Assembly: GCA_036785375.1 (NCBI GenBank)
Contig: JAWMAR010000026.1
Location: 12,028,001 to 12,092,000, forward strand
Direction of reading: 5' to 3'
Source of the DNA: Leucoraja ocellata
Taxonomy: Eukaryota
Length of the DNA: 64,000 nucleotides
Position numbers and translations under genes: made by a program
In this document: piece by piece, positions 38,458 through 50,400 of the stretch
Layout of the letters: the number at the start of each line of letters is the position of its first letter
Position numbering within the stretch: the first letter of the stretch is position 1
The notes under the pieces: model-generated
What the model was told of the DNA's origin: nothing
Seen by the model: only the letters and a program-made list of their open reading frames with translations
Databases searched by the model: none

Positions 38458-41400
38458 CTGAAAGTAAAATAACATGAAATAAGGTGCAAATTTTTCACAG
38501 AAAATTAGAAAATGCATAAATATTCCCAAAGAAACTTTACCTTCACAATCTGACGTGCTACTACTAATACTAAGCAATGTTGACCCAGCAAATCTCAGTC
38601 ATAGCATCAAGATGAAGTTAGGATTACTCAAATTGTCCTTGTGTCCAAAGACTAAAGAGTGGGATGATCGAATAGAATTCCCTGTCTTGTACTTGTTGTT
38701 TACAAGGCGGTAGGTGTGATAAAATTTAGTATAGTGGGATCAGGAACCATCTCCTTAAAAGTCTGGCTACTGTCACAGACTGTGGGTGATCATATACGTC
38801 ATTGGCAAGGTCAGAATTTCCTCCTCGTGAAAAGGCCCTGAATTGCACGCTATATGACTGATGGGAATGGGAATCTGGAAGAAATGCATGAAATACTATG
38901 TAGAAACAAAGAACTGTAGATGGTGGTTAATATACAAAAGGACTCAAATTGCTGTAGTAACTCAGCAAGTCAAGCAGCATCCCTGTTTTGTTGGGATTAT
39001 TGCTATGTGAGCAGAGGGCTGTTCATTCAGAGCTTGTGATGTTGGAGTGTCTGAGGGGAGTAGATAAGTTAAGACAGTTGATGTTGTGCCAACAGTTAGA
39101 AACAAAAAGCCAGCAGAGGGAGTCCAAGAGGAAGGGTAATGTTGCAGACAAGAGAAGGGGTCATCACTGTTTAATGCGGACACCTTTCCATAGAAAAACG
39201 CCCGGAGGTAAAAGAGCTCCACGTCATGGAGAGCCCGGAAATCATTGAGGTGGGGGTGCAGGCGTATAAAGGTAAGGCCTTTGTTGAGGACAGACTGTTC
39301 TGTATCGGAAAGTGGGACGTCACCAGGGAAGAGTGAAAACATAACAAGTTTTCACTATGCTAAATTAATCAACTTTAAGTTAGTGCACTTTAACCTTTCA
39401 AAAGAACTGAAGTTCTCTGCAACCAACAAATTATAAATTGTAGTCGCTGTAAGTTTATGGATACCCATTATACTCATGTTTCTATGAACAACAGTAACAT
39501 AATACAAGTTTTCTTTATTGTCACAGGGACAGAGATACGTGGCTTTTGTTGCGTGCTAACCAGTCAGCGGAAAAACAAAACATGATAACAATCTAGCCAT
39601 TCACAGCGTACTGATGTAAAGATAAAGGAATAACATTTAGAGCAAGATAAAGCCAGTAAAGTCTGATCAAAGATAGTACAAAGGTCTCCAATGAGGTAGA
39701 TAGTAGTCCAGGACTGCTCTCAAGCTGTGCTTGGATGATTCAAATATATAACCACAGTCAGTGATTTTAATGTGGGATAAACACTGGCTGAGGATTCAGT
39801 GAGGGAATCTCAGCTCTTAAAATGTTCGTAAATTTTTATTTGGATTTTATTGAGAAATAGATGAAATCTCGATTTAAAATTTCAAACGAGACAATAAGCA
39901 CTCCTTTCCGTGGGATATAATTCAAGATCTTGTGCTCAAATATCTTTCCTATCACTATGGTACATATGGTGCATTTCATATTCCACATGTTTATACATAA
40001 CAGGAACACAACTCCAATAATTAAATATGAATGCAAAAGTGAAATACAACTAGATCAGGGAATGGGGCAGGGGCAGAGAGCTGGTCGTAGCAAAAACCTT
40101 TTGTGTGAGAAGGTTCCTATTCAATCTAACGCCTCTCACCTTAAACCCATGCCCTCTAGGGAAAACCTTGTAAAAAAAAAATGTGCATTCACTTTTTCTA
40201 TTCCCCTTTTGATTTTGTACACTCTAAATCGCCTATGCCTCTAGAAATAAAGTCCTAGCCTGCTGAACCTTCAGTCTTAGCAACATGGTCATGTATTTTT
40301 CTGTAGTTGTTCCAGCAAAATGGCATCTTTCCTATAGCAAGATGACCGAAACTGAACACAATACTCCAAGTGCGGCCTCAGCAAAGTCTTGTAAAACTGC
40401 AACATAATTTCCCAACTTCCATACTCAACGCCCTTACAGAGAAAGGAGAGTACGCTGAAAGCCAGTCACCTTATGTTTTTACATTTTACTGTCTGCATAT
40501 TTTAATGTTTTTCTGACTAAACAAGATTTGTTCCAGATTTTATGAAATGAAAATATGGAAGAGGGGCACAAAGTTACTGGCAAACAATATGCCATTGATT
40601 GTGAGGCCTTTCTATTTATTAGGATGGGCAAGAGATGTTGGCCTTTACAGTGACACCCACATCACTGGAAATGAACAAAGAAAAAAAACTGAATTTAAGA
40701 CTGAGGTGTTATTTTAAAACTAAGAATGTGTGAAAATAAAAATAAATCTTTGGCTGTAAGGAGGAAATGAAGCTTCCTGAAAGCAAATTTAGTGGTGGAG
40801 GTATTTCAGAAAAGCGAGAGATAATGGCGAATTTCACACGATGAAAGACAATAATTTAGTAAAAGATAAAAGGAACGATATGTTGATTTATAAGGACAAT
40901 AATGATGAAACAATCAAACAATATCCAAATTAAAGTTAAAAAAGGATAGAGACCAGGATGAGGGTGGAGGTTTGGGGGAGGAGCCAGGCTATCAACCAGA
41001 AATTTTCATCGAAATATTCACTACCATTTAAATATATAAAAGGTGCACCCGTGAAATAATGTCTGTCTGGTGTTCAAATGTGGAAAACCAGTGGGCTGCA
41101 TTGTTTCTGATATAATCATCAGTATTAACACAGATTGGCAATATATTATTTTAATTTTGCTTAACTATTAAGGGATTAACAGCACAGTGAAATTACAAAC
41201 TGTAAACTGCTAGCAGGGCCTCCTTAGTCACAAACACTCACAGCAAGGATTGTGATAAAGCGATGGTTTAGTCTTGAGGAAATAACAAACAGGAGCAGAG
41301 GAAACACATGATTGATCACTTGTAGTTTTCTTTGTTTTTAATCCTTGCACATGACTTCAATGGTAGAAACAATTGTAAAGTGGTCATGTTTAATATGCAA

Positions 41401-44400
41401 GTAGGCCAGGACACTATAAATGTACTTCTTGTATATTGTTCTAACTGAACAATAAAATGTGATATGTTTAAGAAGGAACTGCAGATGCTGGAAAATTGCA
41501 GGTACACGAAAAAGCTGGAGAAACTCAGCGGGTGCAGCAGCATCTATGGAGTGAGGGAAATAGGCAACGTTTCGGGCCAAAACCCTTCTTCAGACTGATG
41601 GGGGTGGCGGGGAGAAGAAAGGAAAAAGGAGGAGGAGGAACCCGAGGGCTGAGGGATGGGAGGAGACAGCCCGAGGGCTGAGGAAGGGGAGGAGACAGTA
41701 AGGGCTAACAAAATTGGGAGAATTCAATGTTCATGACTGCAGGATGCAGACTCCAAGCGGAATACGAGGTACTGTTCCTCCAAAATGTGATAATTAGTCA
41801 ATTAATGTCAGAGGGTTTCAATTAAATGGTATAAAGATGTTGTGTTTGTTTGGAAGGCCGTACTTTTCTGTACAGGCAGGAATTCTCTGCAAGATTCCAC
41901 GTTCTGATGAATAAGATAAACCAGAAATTATTTATAACTTGATCACTTTCATTCATGAAGCCAGAAAAGAACAAGACAATTAATTTGGGAAATATGAAAA
42001 GGATTGCAGCATTGAGGTGCAAGTTGATTTTGGTGCTCAGCAGCTCATCGGCCAACCGGAAACTTTTACATCTCCATTTTAAAACACAAAGCGTTTTCTT
42101 TTGCTGCACAAAACGGAAGCTCCATCACACACTTCTGGCTTAAAGAAATAATAATAAATTAAAGCTAACTTTTCTTCAATTTAATACTCCAATCTTGCCG
42201 TGAAGGTGAAAGTAGCCTTAATTGTATTAAGAAACATGAGCTATGGGCCAAGACTACACAGAATTTTTTATGTCAGAAGATTAGAGGTGGGAAGGAACAT
42301 AATGAACTCGAAAAACTGGAGCGATCTTTAAGAATCACTTCCTTTTATTAGCTGATACCTAGCGTCATGTACCCCTGATATTCAATGCCATTACCATCTT
42401 TAAATACCCCACCAACAACATCCTGAAGGTCACCTTTGAGCATAAATTCAACTGAACCATAGATAAACAATGTGCCTATAAAGCAGGCCAGATGGTGGAT
42501 ATCCTATGGTAACTTGCTTGCACTATTAACATCTAAGTTCTTTTTAGCACTTACAAAGCACAAGTTAGGAGTGCGATGGAATACTCTCCACTTGCCTGGC
42601 GATTGCAGCTGCCACAATTCCCAACAATCCTTCTTGTTGAACAATAATTTGAAGTAGTAAAGACAAAATATTCCGTGGCTGTGGACCCTCCATCCCAAAC
42701 TTGGCTTGTAGCATGTGTGTTGGCTGACTCTTGAAAACGAGTCCATAGCTGATAGTGAGTGAACCAACACAAACAATAAAAAACACTTGACCTCACTCTC
42801 GCCAATTCACCTGTGGCAGATACATCTGTTCATGATAGCATTGATGGAAGGGAACACACCATTAACTTTATGGAGACAGATCATTACTTGCATGCTGGCA
42901 TTCAACACTAGTTGAATGGGGAATGCAGAAGGACATGCCAAAAGCAGTACTAGGCAAAATCAAAAATGACGATATGTTAGCTTTGTGAGACTGCAATGTT
43001 GGGCTACAATTGTGTTAAACAACAAATGCAAAATGTAATTAACACAGCTGAACAATCTCACACAAATAGATCAAATGAAAGTTCTGCAAATCCCACAAAA
43101 TCTAGTTGTAAGTGAAGCTGCATCTCAATCATGACATCCCTAACACATGAATGCTAGACATGGCCAAAGCTTTCAAGCTACGTTCAATCAAAAATGGCAA
43201 ATTGATGGCTTTGACTTCCTCCTAAAATCCCCTTCACCACAAAAAACAACCTTCATCAATTTAGTTCTCTCCACATAACTGCAATAAATATCCAAGAGCA
43301 GTAAATACACTGAATACTTTGCTTTAAAAGGCACTCCGTCTAAGCTGAAAATTCAATGCCCATTGTGGATGTGTCCAATTTGCAATACTTAATCCTATTA
43401 CAATGTACAGCACAGAATAAAAAACATAACAATGTTTTTATCTGATTAATATAAAATAACTTTTTTGCTTGTTATAATTAGTGAATCAATGTAACACTAA
43501 AATCATTGAAAAGAGATTGTCCCTTACCTTTGCAGAGTTTATAACTGACTATTGCTACAATAATCAGAAGCAGTAGAGACAGTACTACACAAAGAGGAAT
43601 CCACCAAGGTAAAGTAGTTTTTGAACTGACATCTGGAAAGCAGATATAAAACAGAAATAAAATCACTTGTACTCTCAAGTCAAATGATGATTTGGGAGGT
43701 TACGACATTCTGAGGGCTCTGCATAAAACTATATTATAAAGTAGATCTCCCTGCGCAAAACAGCACTAATGTTCAAACCAATATTTAAACCAACAGAAAT
43801 AAATAGTGTGATTAAACTCATTTAAAATATAATACCTCAACCTAACGTATAAAGAGTTTTGAGAATCTCAGTTCCATTACTGGTTGGTGGGGTTCAAAAC
43901 CTTTGAGTTAACTAATGGAGTTATTTTAAACTGTTATAATGTGAAAAATACAGAACAAATTCTTCACACAAAATTTAAGCAATTACATTTTTGACCAATT
44001 AATACATTTTATGAATGTTAGAACACAGAATGGATTAGCACTGAATAGGCCATTGCCCCATGATGCCTGTGCTGATCTTGATACCAAATCAAACTAAAAC
44101 CTTCTGCCTGCATATGATCCATATCCCTCCAGTCCCTGCATATTTATGTGCCACTCTAAAAGGCTCTGATCTGTTACTATCAAAACTGCTTCAACCGCCA
44201 GCACATTCCAGGCACCCATTACTTTCTATGCAAAAAATCTTGCAGCGCACTACTCCTTTAAATATTCCCACTCTCAGCTTGAACCAATGCTCCTTTGTGT
44301 TTGACATTTCCACCCTGGGAACAAGATTCTGAAGAAGGGTCCCGATACGAAAGGTAACCTGTCCATGTTCTCCAGGGATGCTGCCAGACCCGTTGCATTA

Positions 44401-47400
44401 CCCCAGCATTTTATGTCTGGTTTGATTGTTTCCTCTTCCTTTGCCTCTCATGACTTTGTAAACCTATATCAGGTCTCTTCTCAGCCTGTAACGCTCCGGG
44501 GAAAACAATCCAAGTTTCTCCAACCTCTCCTTATAGCTAACACTCACTAATCTACGCAATATCCTGGTCAACCTCTTCATCACCTTCTCCAAATTCTACA
44601 CTACTTTCCTGTCCTGTAATGAGGTAATCAGAATTGCATACAATACTCCAAATGTGACATAAGTAAAGCTTTACACAGGTGCAAAATGACTTCCCGATTC
44701 TTATACTGAATGGCTTGACCTCCGAAGTCAAGCAAACCAGATGCCTTATTTAATACAAAGATAGACACAAAAAGACTGGAGTAACTCAGCGGGTCAGACA
44801 GCATCTCTGGAGTAAAGGAATAGCTGATGTTTTGGGTCGATACCTTTCTTCAGACCTTTTTCTGACCTGCTGCCTGACCCGCTGAGTTATTCCAACTTTT
44901 TGTGTTTAACTTTGATTTAAACCAGCATCTGTGGCTCCTTCCTCTGTGCCTTCTTTAATACCATCCACTTCTGGTGCTACATTCAGGGAGCATTGTACTT
45001 GGACACCAAGACCCCTTTGTACATCATTATTATTATGGGTTTTGTCATTAAATCCTCTTACATTTGACCATCAAATGTGCAGCAGCTCACATTTGCCCAG
45101 ATTAAACTCTATCTGCCATGTGTCCACCCAAAACCTCTTGTATCCAGTTGTATTAATTGATGGTCTTCTTAACTGTCTGCAACTCCACTCATTTTTGTGT
45201 ATTCTGCGAACTGGCTAACCATTCCATCTACATTTTCGTCTGAGTCATTTATATATATCACAAACGAACAGAGGTGCCTGCGCTGATCTCCGCAAGCCAC
45301 CACTGGACACACACCTTCAACCAGAATTATGCCCTTCCATCACTAACCTCTTTTCTATGGATTAGCCAGTTCTGAATCCAAACTACCAAGTCACTGTGGT
45401 TCCCTGCATTTTAGTCTTCTGGCGATAGACACAAAATGCTGGAGTAACTCAGTGGGTCAGGCAGCATCTCTGGAGAAATGGAATAGGTGACATTTTGGGT
45501 TGAAACTCTGTCTTAGTCTTCTGGTTTAGCTACCATGAGATAATGAGGTGCCATCATTGTTCTGAGATGCAAGGAAATCTGGGTGCATGAACTGAAAACA
45601 TCTAGCATTCAGGTGCAGCAGGTAATTCACAAACCTGTCAGAACATTTTCTTCTATTATATTTTATTGCTGGGGCAATTGAATACAAGAGTAGGAAGACC
45701 TTGATTTATTTACATTGGAAATTGATGAGCCCACATCTGGAGAATCTAGTGCAGTAATGGCCTCCTTGTTTAAGTAAAGACTAATATGACAGAAGTAGTT
45801 CAGAGACAAGTAAAGACTAATGCCGTGCCTTACAGGAAAAGGTTTGACAGGCTAGGATTGTGTCTGCTGCGATTCAACAGAGTGAGAAGGGTCCTGATTG
45901 ATAAATGTAAAATCATGAGAAGTCTTGACAGGGTGGAAATGGAAAGGATATTTCCTCACAGAATGATTAGTTGTCATTGTTTAAAAAAAGGATCACATAT
46001 TGAAGGCAGACGAGGGGGAATTTTCCATTCTCTCTAAAAGCTTTGACAAACTCTTCCTTTAAGGGGACGGAAACAGAGTCTGTTAATAATTTTAAAGCAG
46101 AACGAAGCAAATACTAATTCAATAATGGGCTGAAATGTTTAAGGGTTGCAAGCATGGATTTGTTAAGGGCATATCATATTTAAATAATTTGAGATAACAG
46201 ATAGAGTTAATGAAATTAATGCAGTTCTAGCAATGTTTTGTGTTAAGTGCCCCATACTACACTTATCAGCAAAGCTGAAGCACAATCCTTAAAAGGAGAC
46301 AATAAAAAAAAATTATCGTTGGCAAAGTAAAAGATAACAAGAGCAATGTAATGAATGGTTTTCTGACTTAAATTGTGAATAGTGGTGCTTCTAGGTGTCA
46401 GTTTAGGATCATTGTTTTTTTATAATCTATTTTCATAACCTAGAATTAGGGGGTCAAGCCAAAATTTCGATATTTGCAGATGGCATAAAACTTGGTGTAT
46501 TGTGATTAACAAAGAAGATAGGGATATATTACAGCCAGATATAAACCAGCTGGTGATAGATGAAGTTTAATGTGGAGAAATATGCATGATGCAATTTGCT
46601 GTGAAGAATGAGGAAGAGAAAAGGATACTTTTCTAAATGGGGTGCAGGAGAAGGGGGATCTGTGCACAAATCATTAAACGTGGTTGGGGAAGTTAGGCAA
46701 GTGGATAATAAGGCAAACACAATCCTGTGCCATCAGTAAAGACAGAGTATGAAAGCAGAAATTTTTGCTGAATCTGTATAAAATTCTTGTTTGGCCTCAG
46801 CTGGAAATATTATACTAATTTCTAGTCACCACATTATCGGAAGGACGTGAAGATGTTAAACAAAATTGGTTCCTAGCGCTATAATCATGACAGAAGTTTA
46901 GACTGTTTTGATTGATTGTTTGATTGACTGATTGATTGAAAGTACAGCATAAAAACTGGCCATTCAGCCCACCAAGTCCATGCCAACCGTCGATCACCCA
47001 TTCACCAGTTCTGCATTATACCACTTTCGTATCCACTCTCTATATACTAGTGGCAATTTACAGAAGCCAATTAACCGAAAAACCTGAACGTCTTTAGGAT
47101 GTGACTGAAATATGGAGCACCCAGGGATATGGAGCACCCACCCATACAATCACAGGGAGAACATTCAAACTACACACGGACCTGAGGTCAGGTTCAAAAC
47201 TGAGATTCTGGTGCTGTGAGACAGCAACTTTACATGCTGTGCCATCCTTTCTTTGGAGAAGAGAAGGCCGAGGGGAGATTTGATGGATATATGTATAAAT
47301 TGATGAAGGCTAGAAAATGTATCGAGATAGTGAAACACAAAGACCAAAGGGCTGTCATTAATAATGGGGGAAGTGAATGCATTGCCTATGGATGTAATGG

Positions 47401-50400
47401 AAGCAGGTTCTGCTATATCATCAAAGAGATGAATTGTATTAATATATGCTGCAGAAAAAAATGCAATGCCGGAGAGAATGTGCTGGTGCGGGGAGACTAG
47501 TGATTTGTTCTGGTAGAAAATCAGCACACACATGATGGGCTAAAAGGGCTCCTTGTGTGATGTAATCATTCTATAATTCTGTGGCATATTGATCCCATGT
47601 ATAGAATGAGTAAGTAACCGAGGCATGAAAATAATCATAAATCCATGGATGCTGGAAATCTGAAGTAAAAATACAGAAAATGCTAGTAGCACACTGGAGA
47701 ACAGGCAGCATCTATGGAAAGAGAAAAAGAATTAACCTTTCAGGTTGGAGATCATTCTTAACTCTACGTATCTTTCCATAAATGTTGGAGGAGCTGCAGA
47801 GTTTTTCCAGTACTTTCTGTTTTTAACTTTAGATATCTCATCAGTTAAAACAATTGTGCAAAAACACATCAGCAAAGAATTACATCCAGGGAAATATTGA
47901 ATAAAAGTGGACCTTAAGAAGTAGTGTAAAGTCATGTCACAGAGCTTAGCAGCTGCAGCTGGTGTGTACTGTTATTAATCTTAGATACTCCATGCAAACC
48001 CAGTTTCTGAAAATTCAGATTTTAACTCATTGCCTGCTAGGTATTATTATAACAAAAAAAATCAACCAGACACAGTGTAATCATATACAAATTAAATTAT
48101 TTGTCAAAAGAGGGATGTTTCTACCTGCAAGGTTGACAGTATAAATGGCCGAAGCTGGAGCTTGGAGCGTGGAGTGAGACACTTCACATGTGTAGATAGT
48201 TCCTTCCTGCGCTGGCTCTGTGTCGTGCAAGTAGCTGGAAGCTTCAGTTAGATGCTCTGCGTTAAGCTGATCATTTGTTTTTACTCCATTCGTAATTCTT
48301 TGACCATCTCTATACCAAGACAAGATGTAGTCTGCAGGAAAGAACCCAGAGGTTTTGCACAGCAGAGAACCATCTGCATCTTGTGATTTCATAATCGTCA
48401 TTGGTGCTGGGGAAGCTGTAGAAAATGTTAAAAGATAACATATGTTCCGATTTCAATATTGCAAACAAGATGTGAACCGATATACTTGTCTGGTGTACAT
48501 TGGAAAATGTTAGAATATTCCCTTTTGTAATATTTCACTCCTCCATTATTAAAAGGGATTATTCGCTGACATGTCTGGTCTATAGAACATTTTGGTATAA
48601 CAATCTGACACCATCTTGTACAAAAATGTTATAATGGGGACTTATTGGGTAAATGTGTTCTGTTCTGCACTGTAAAGATCTATGTGGCTATAAAATTAAA
48701 AACGGACCCAATCATGATGAATCCAAATTAACTCTGAACTTGCCTACTTATATTTTACGCCTACATTAATGAAACTGAGACGACCTGGTACATTTGCTGG
48801 AAATGGGAAAGGAAGAAGCTATCCCGCACACTTAATGGTTTTGTTCAACAAACGTGTAGGTACATACCCGAGTAAATCAGCCTGAACTGAATGAAGTAGT
48901 GAGCTAGGTTGGCACAGAATGAGATGCCCTGGCCTAAACCCAAATATAGGTTGTGTAGCCTGAATTCCAATTATGCCTGTCTTGCACTTAAATATAATGT
49001 GTTCATTTTGTGAAATTAATACATTGTTAAAGTAGGCAGCTACCATTCTCTCATCAAATAGCTGAGACATAAAAACAGCTTTTTTCCTCCACGAGCAATA
49101 GCTCTACTCAATAACCAAAATTCTGTAGCCCCCTTTGGCTGTGGTATTTTATTTAATTCACATGTTTAATCAATAATGTTTTATTGTTAATGTTGACTGT
49201 TTTATGTGTCATTCTTAATTGTCGCTGTATGTCATGTTGTCATTTGCGGGCGGAGCACCAAGGCAGATTCCTTGCATGCGAACTTGCTTCGCCAATAAAC
49301 TTATTCATTCATTCATCAAAAAATTCCATTGTCAGGTAATATTTATGTCTCTATTAAAACAAAGCTTGACAAAGTAAAAGCTTGTATTTGGCAAAGGAAC
49401 AGCAGCATTACCATAATAAGCTAGTTTCTAAAAAATGTAATAACATTTAAAAAATGAAATTTTGATGCTTGTACCAGAGCATAAGCTTTATGCAGTTTGC
49501 CATCGAAGGCATCTATACAAGGCTTCAAGAAGACAGCATCTATCATCGATGATTTCCACCAAATGGCTTATGCTCTCTTTTCTCTGCTACTGTCAGACAG
49601 GTGGTACAGAACACTAACGTGTAGCAAAGAACTGCAGATGGTGGTTTAAATTGAAGATAAACACAAAATGCTGGAGTAACTGAGGAACAGGCAGCATCTC
49701 TGGAGATAAGGAATGGGTGATGTTTTGGGGCGGGACCCTTCTTGTACAGAACACTAAATTCCCACACCACCAGGTTCAGGAACAGCTATTTTCCTCCACC
49801 ATCAAGTCTTGAAATGGCCTTCATGATCTTAATACTTCCTCAGCAGTGAAATGCTATGGACCACCTCTTGCACAACAATGGACTTGATTTTAAATCTGTG
49901 TAAGAAAGAACTGCAGATGCTGGTGAAATCGAAAGTAGACACAAAATGCTGGAGTAACTCAGCGGGTGAGGCAGCATCTATAGAGAGAAGGAATGGGCGA
50001 CATTTCGGGTCGAGACCCTTCTTCAGAATCTGTTTTGCACAAAATTATTGTATTACACATTGTTTTTCTTTGCACTGGCTTTCATAATTTATGTTTAATT
50101 TGCCTGCCTTTGATGCTGTTGTAAGCAAGCTGTTCATTGTACTTATAACTTACTGTATTTGGGCTTGTGTCAATAAACTCTACTTGCCAAATAATTTAGC
50201 ATAATTATCATACAAAGCTGTAGTCTACAAAGTGTAACAAAGTGTCAAATAAATTACCGATAAATTAAGAAACATTTTAGAATATTAAAAATATATAATT
50301 TGCATCGTATAATTAAATAATAATTGATAATGTGGGGAAATGGCTGCCAGGACCATTCATATGAAATATAGGTCTTTACCTATAGGAATGATACATTTTG

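Noticed and set aside
43528-43632. Gene B as an activating DAP12/FcR-gamma-coupled partner
   Set aside because: No Lys or Arg within the hydrophobic span, and no ITAM in the tail.
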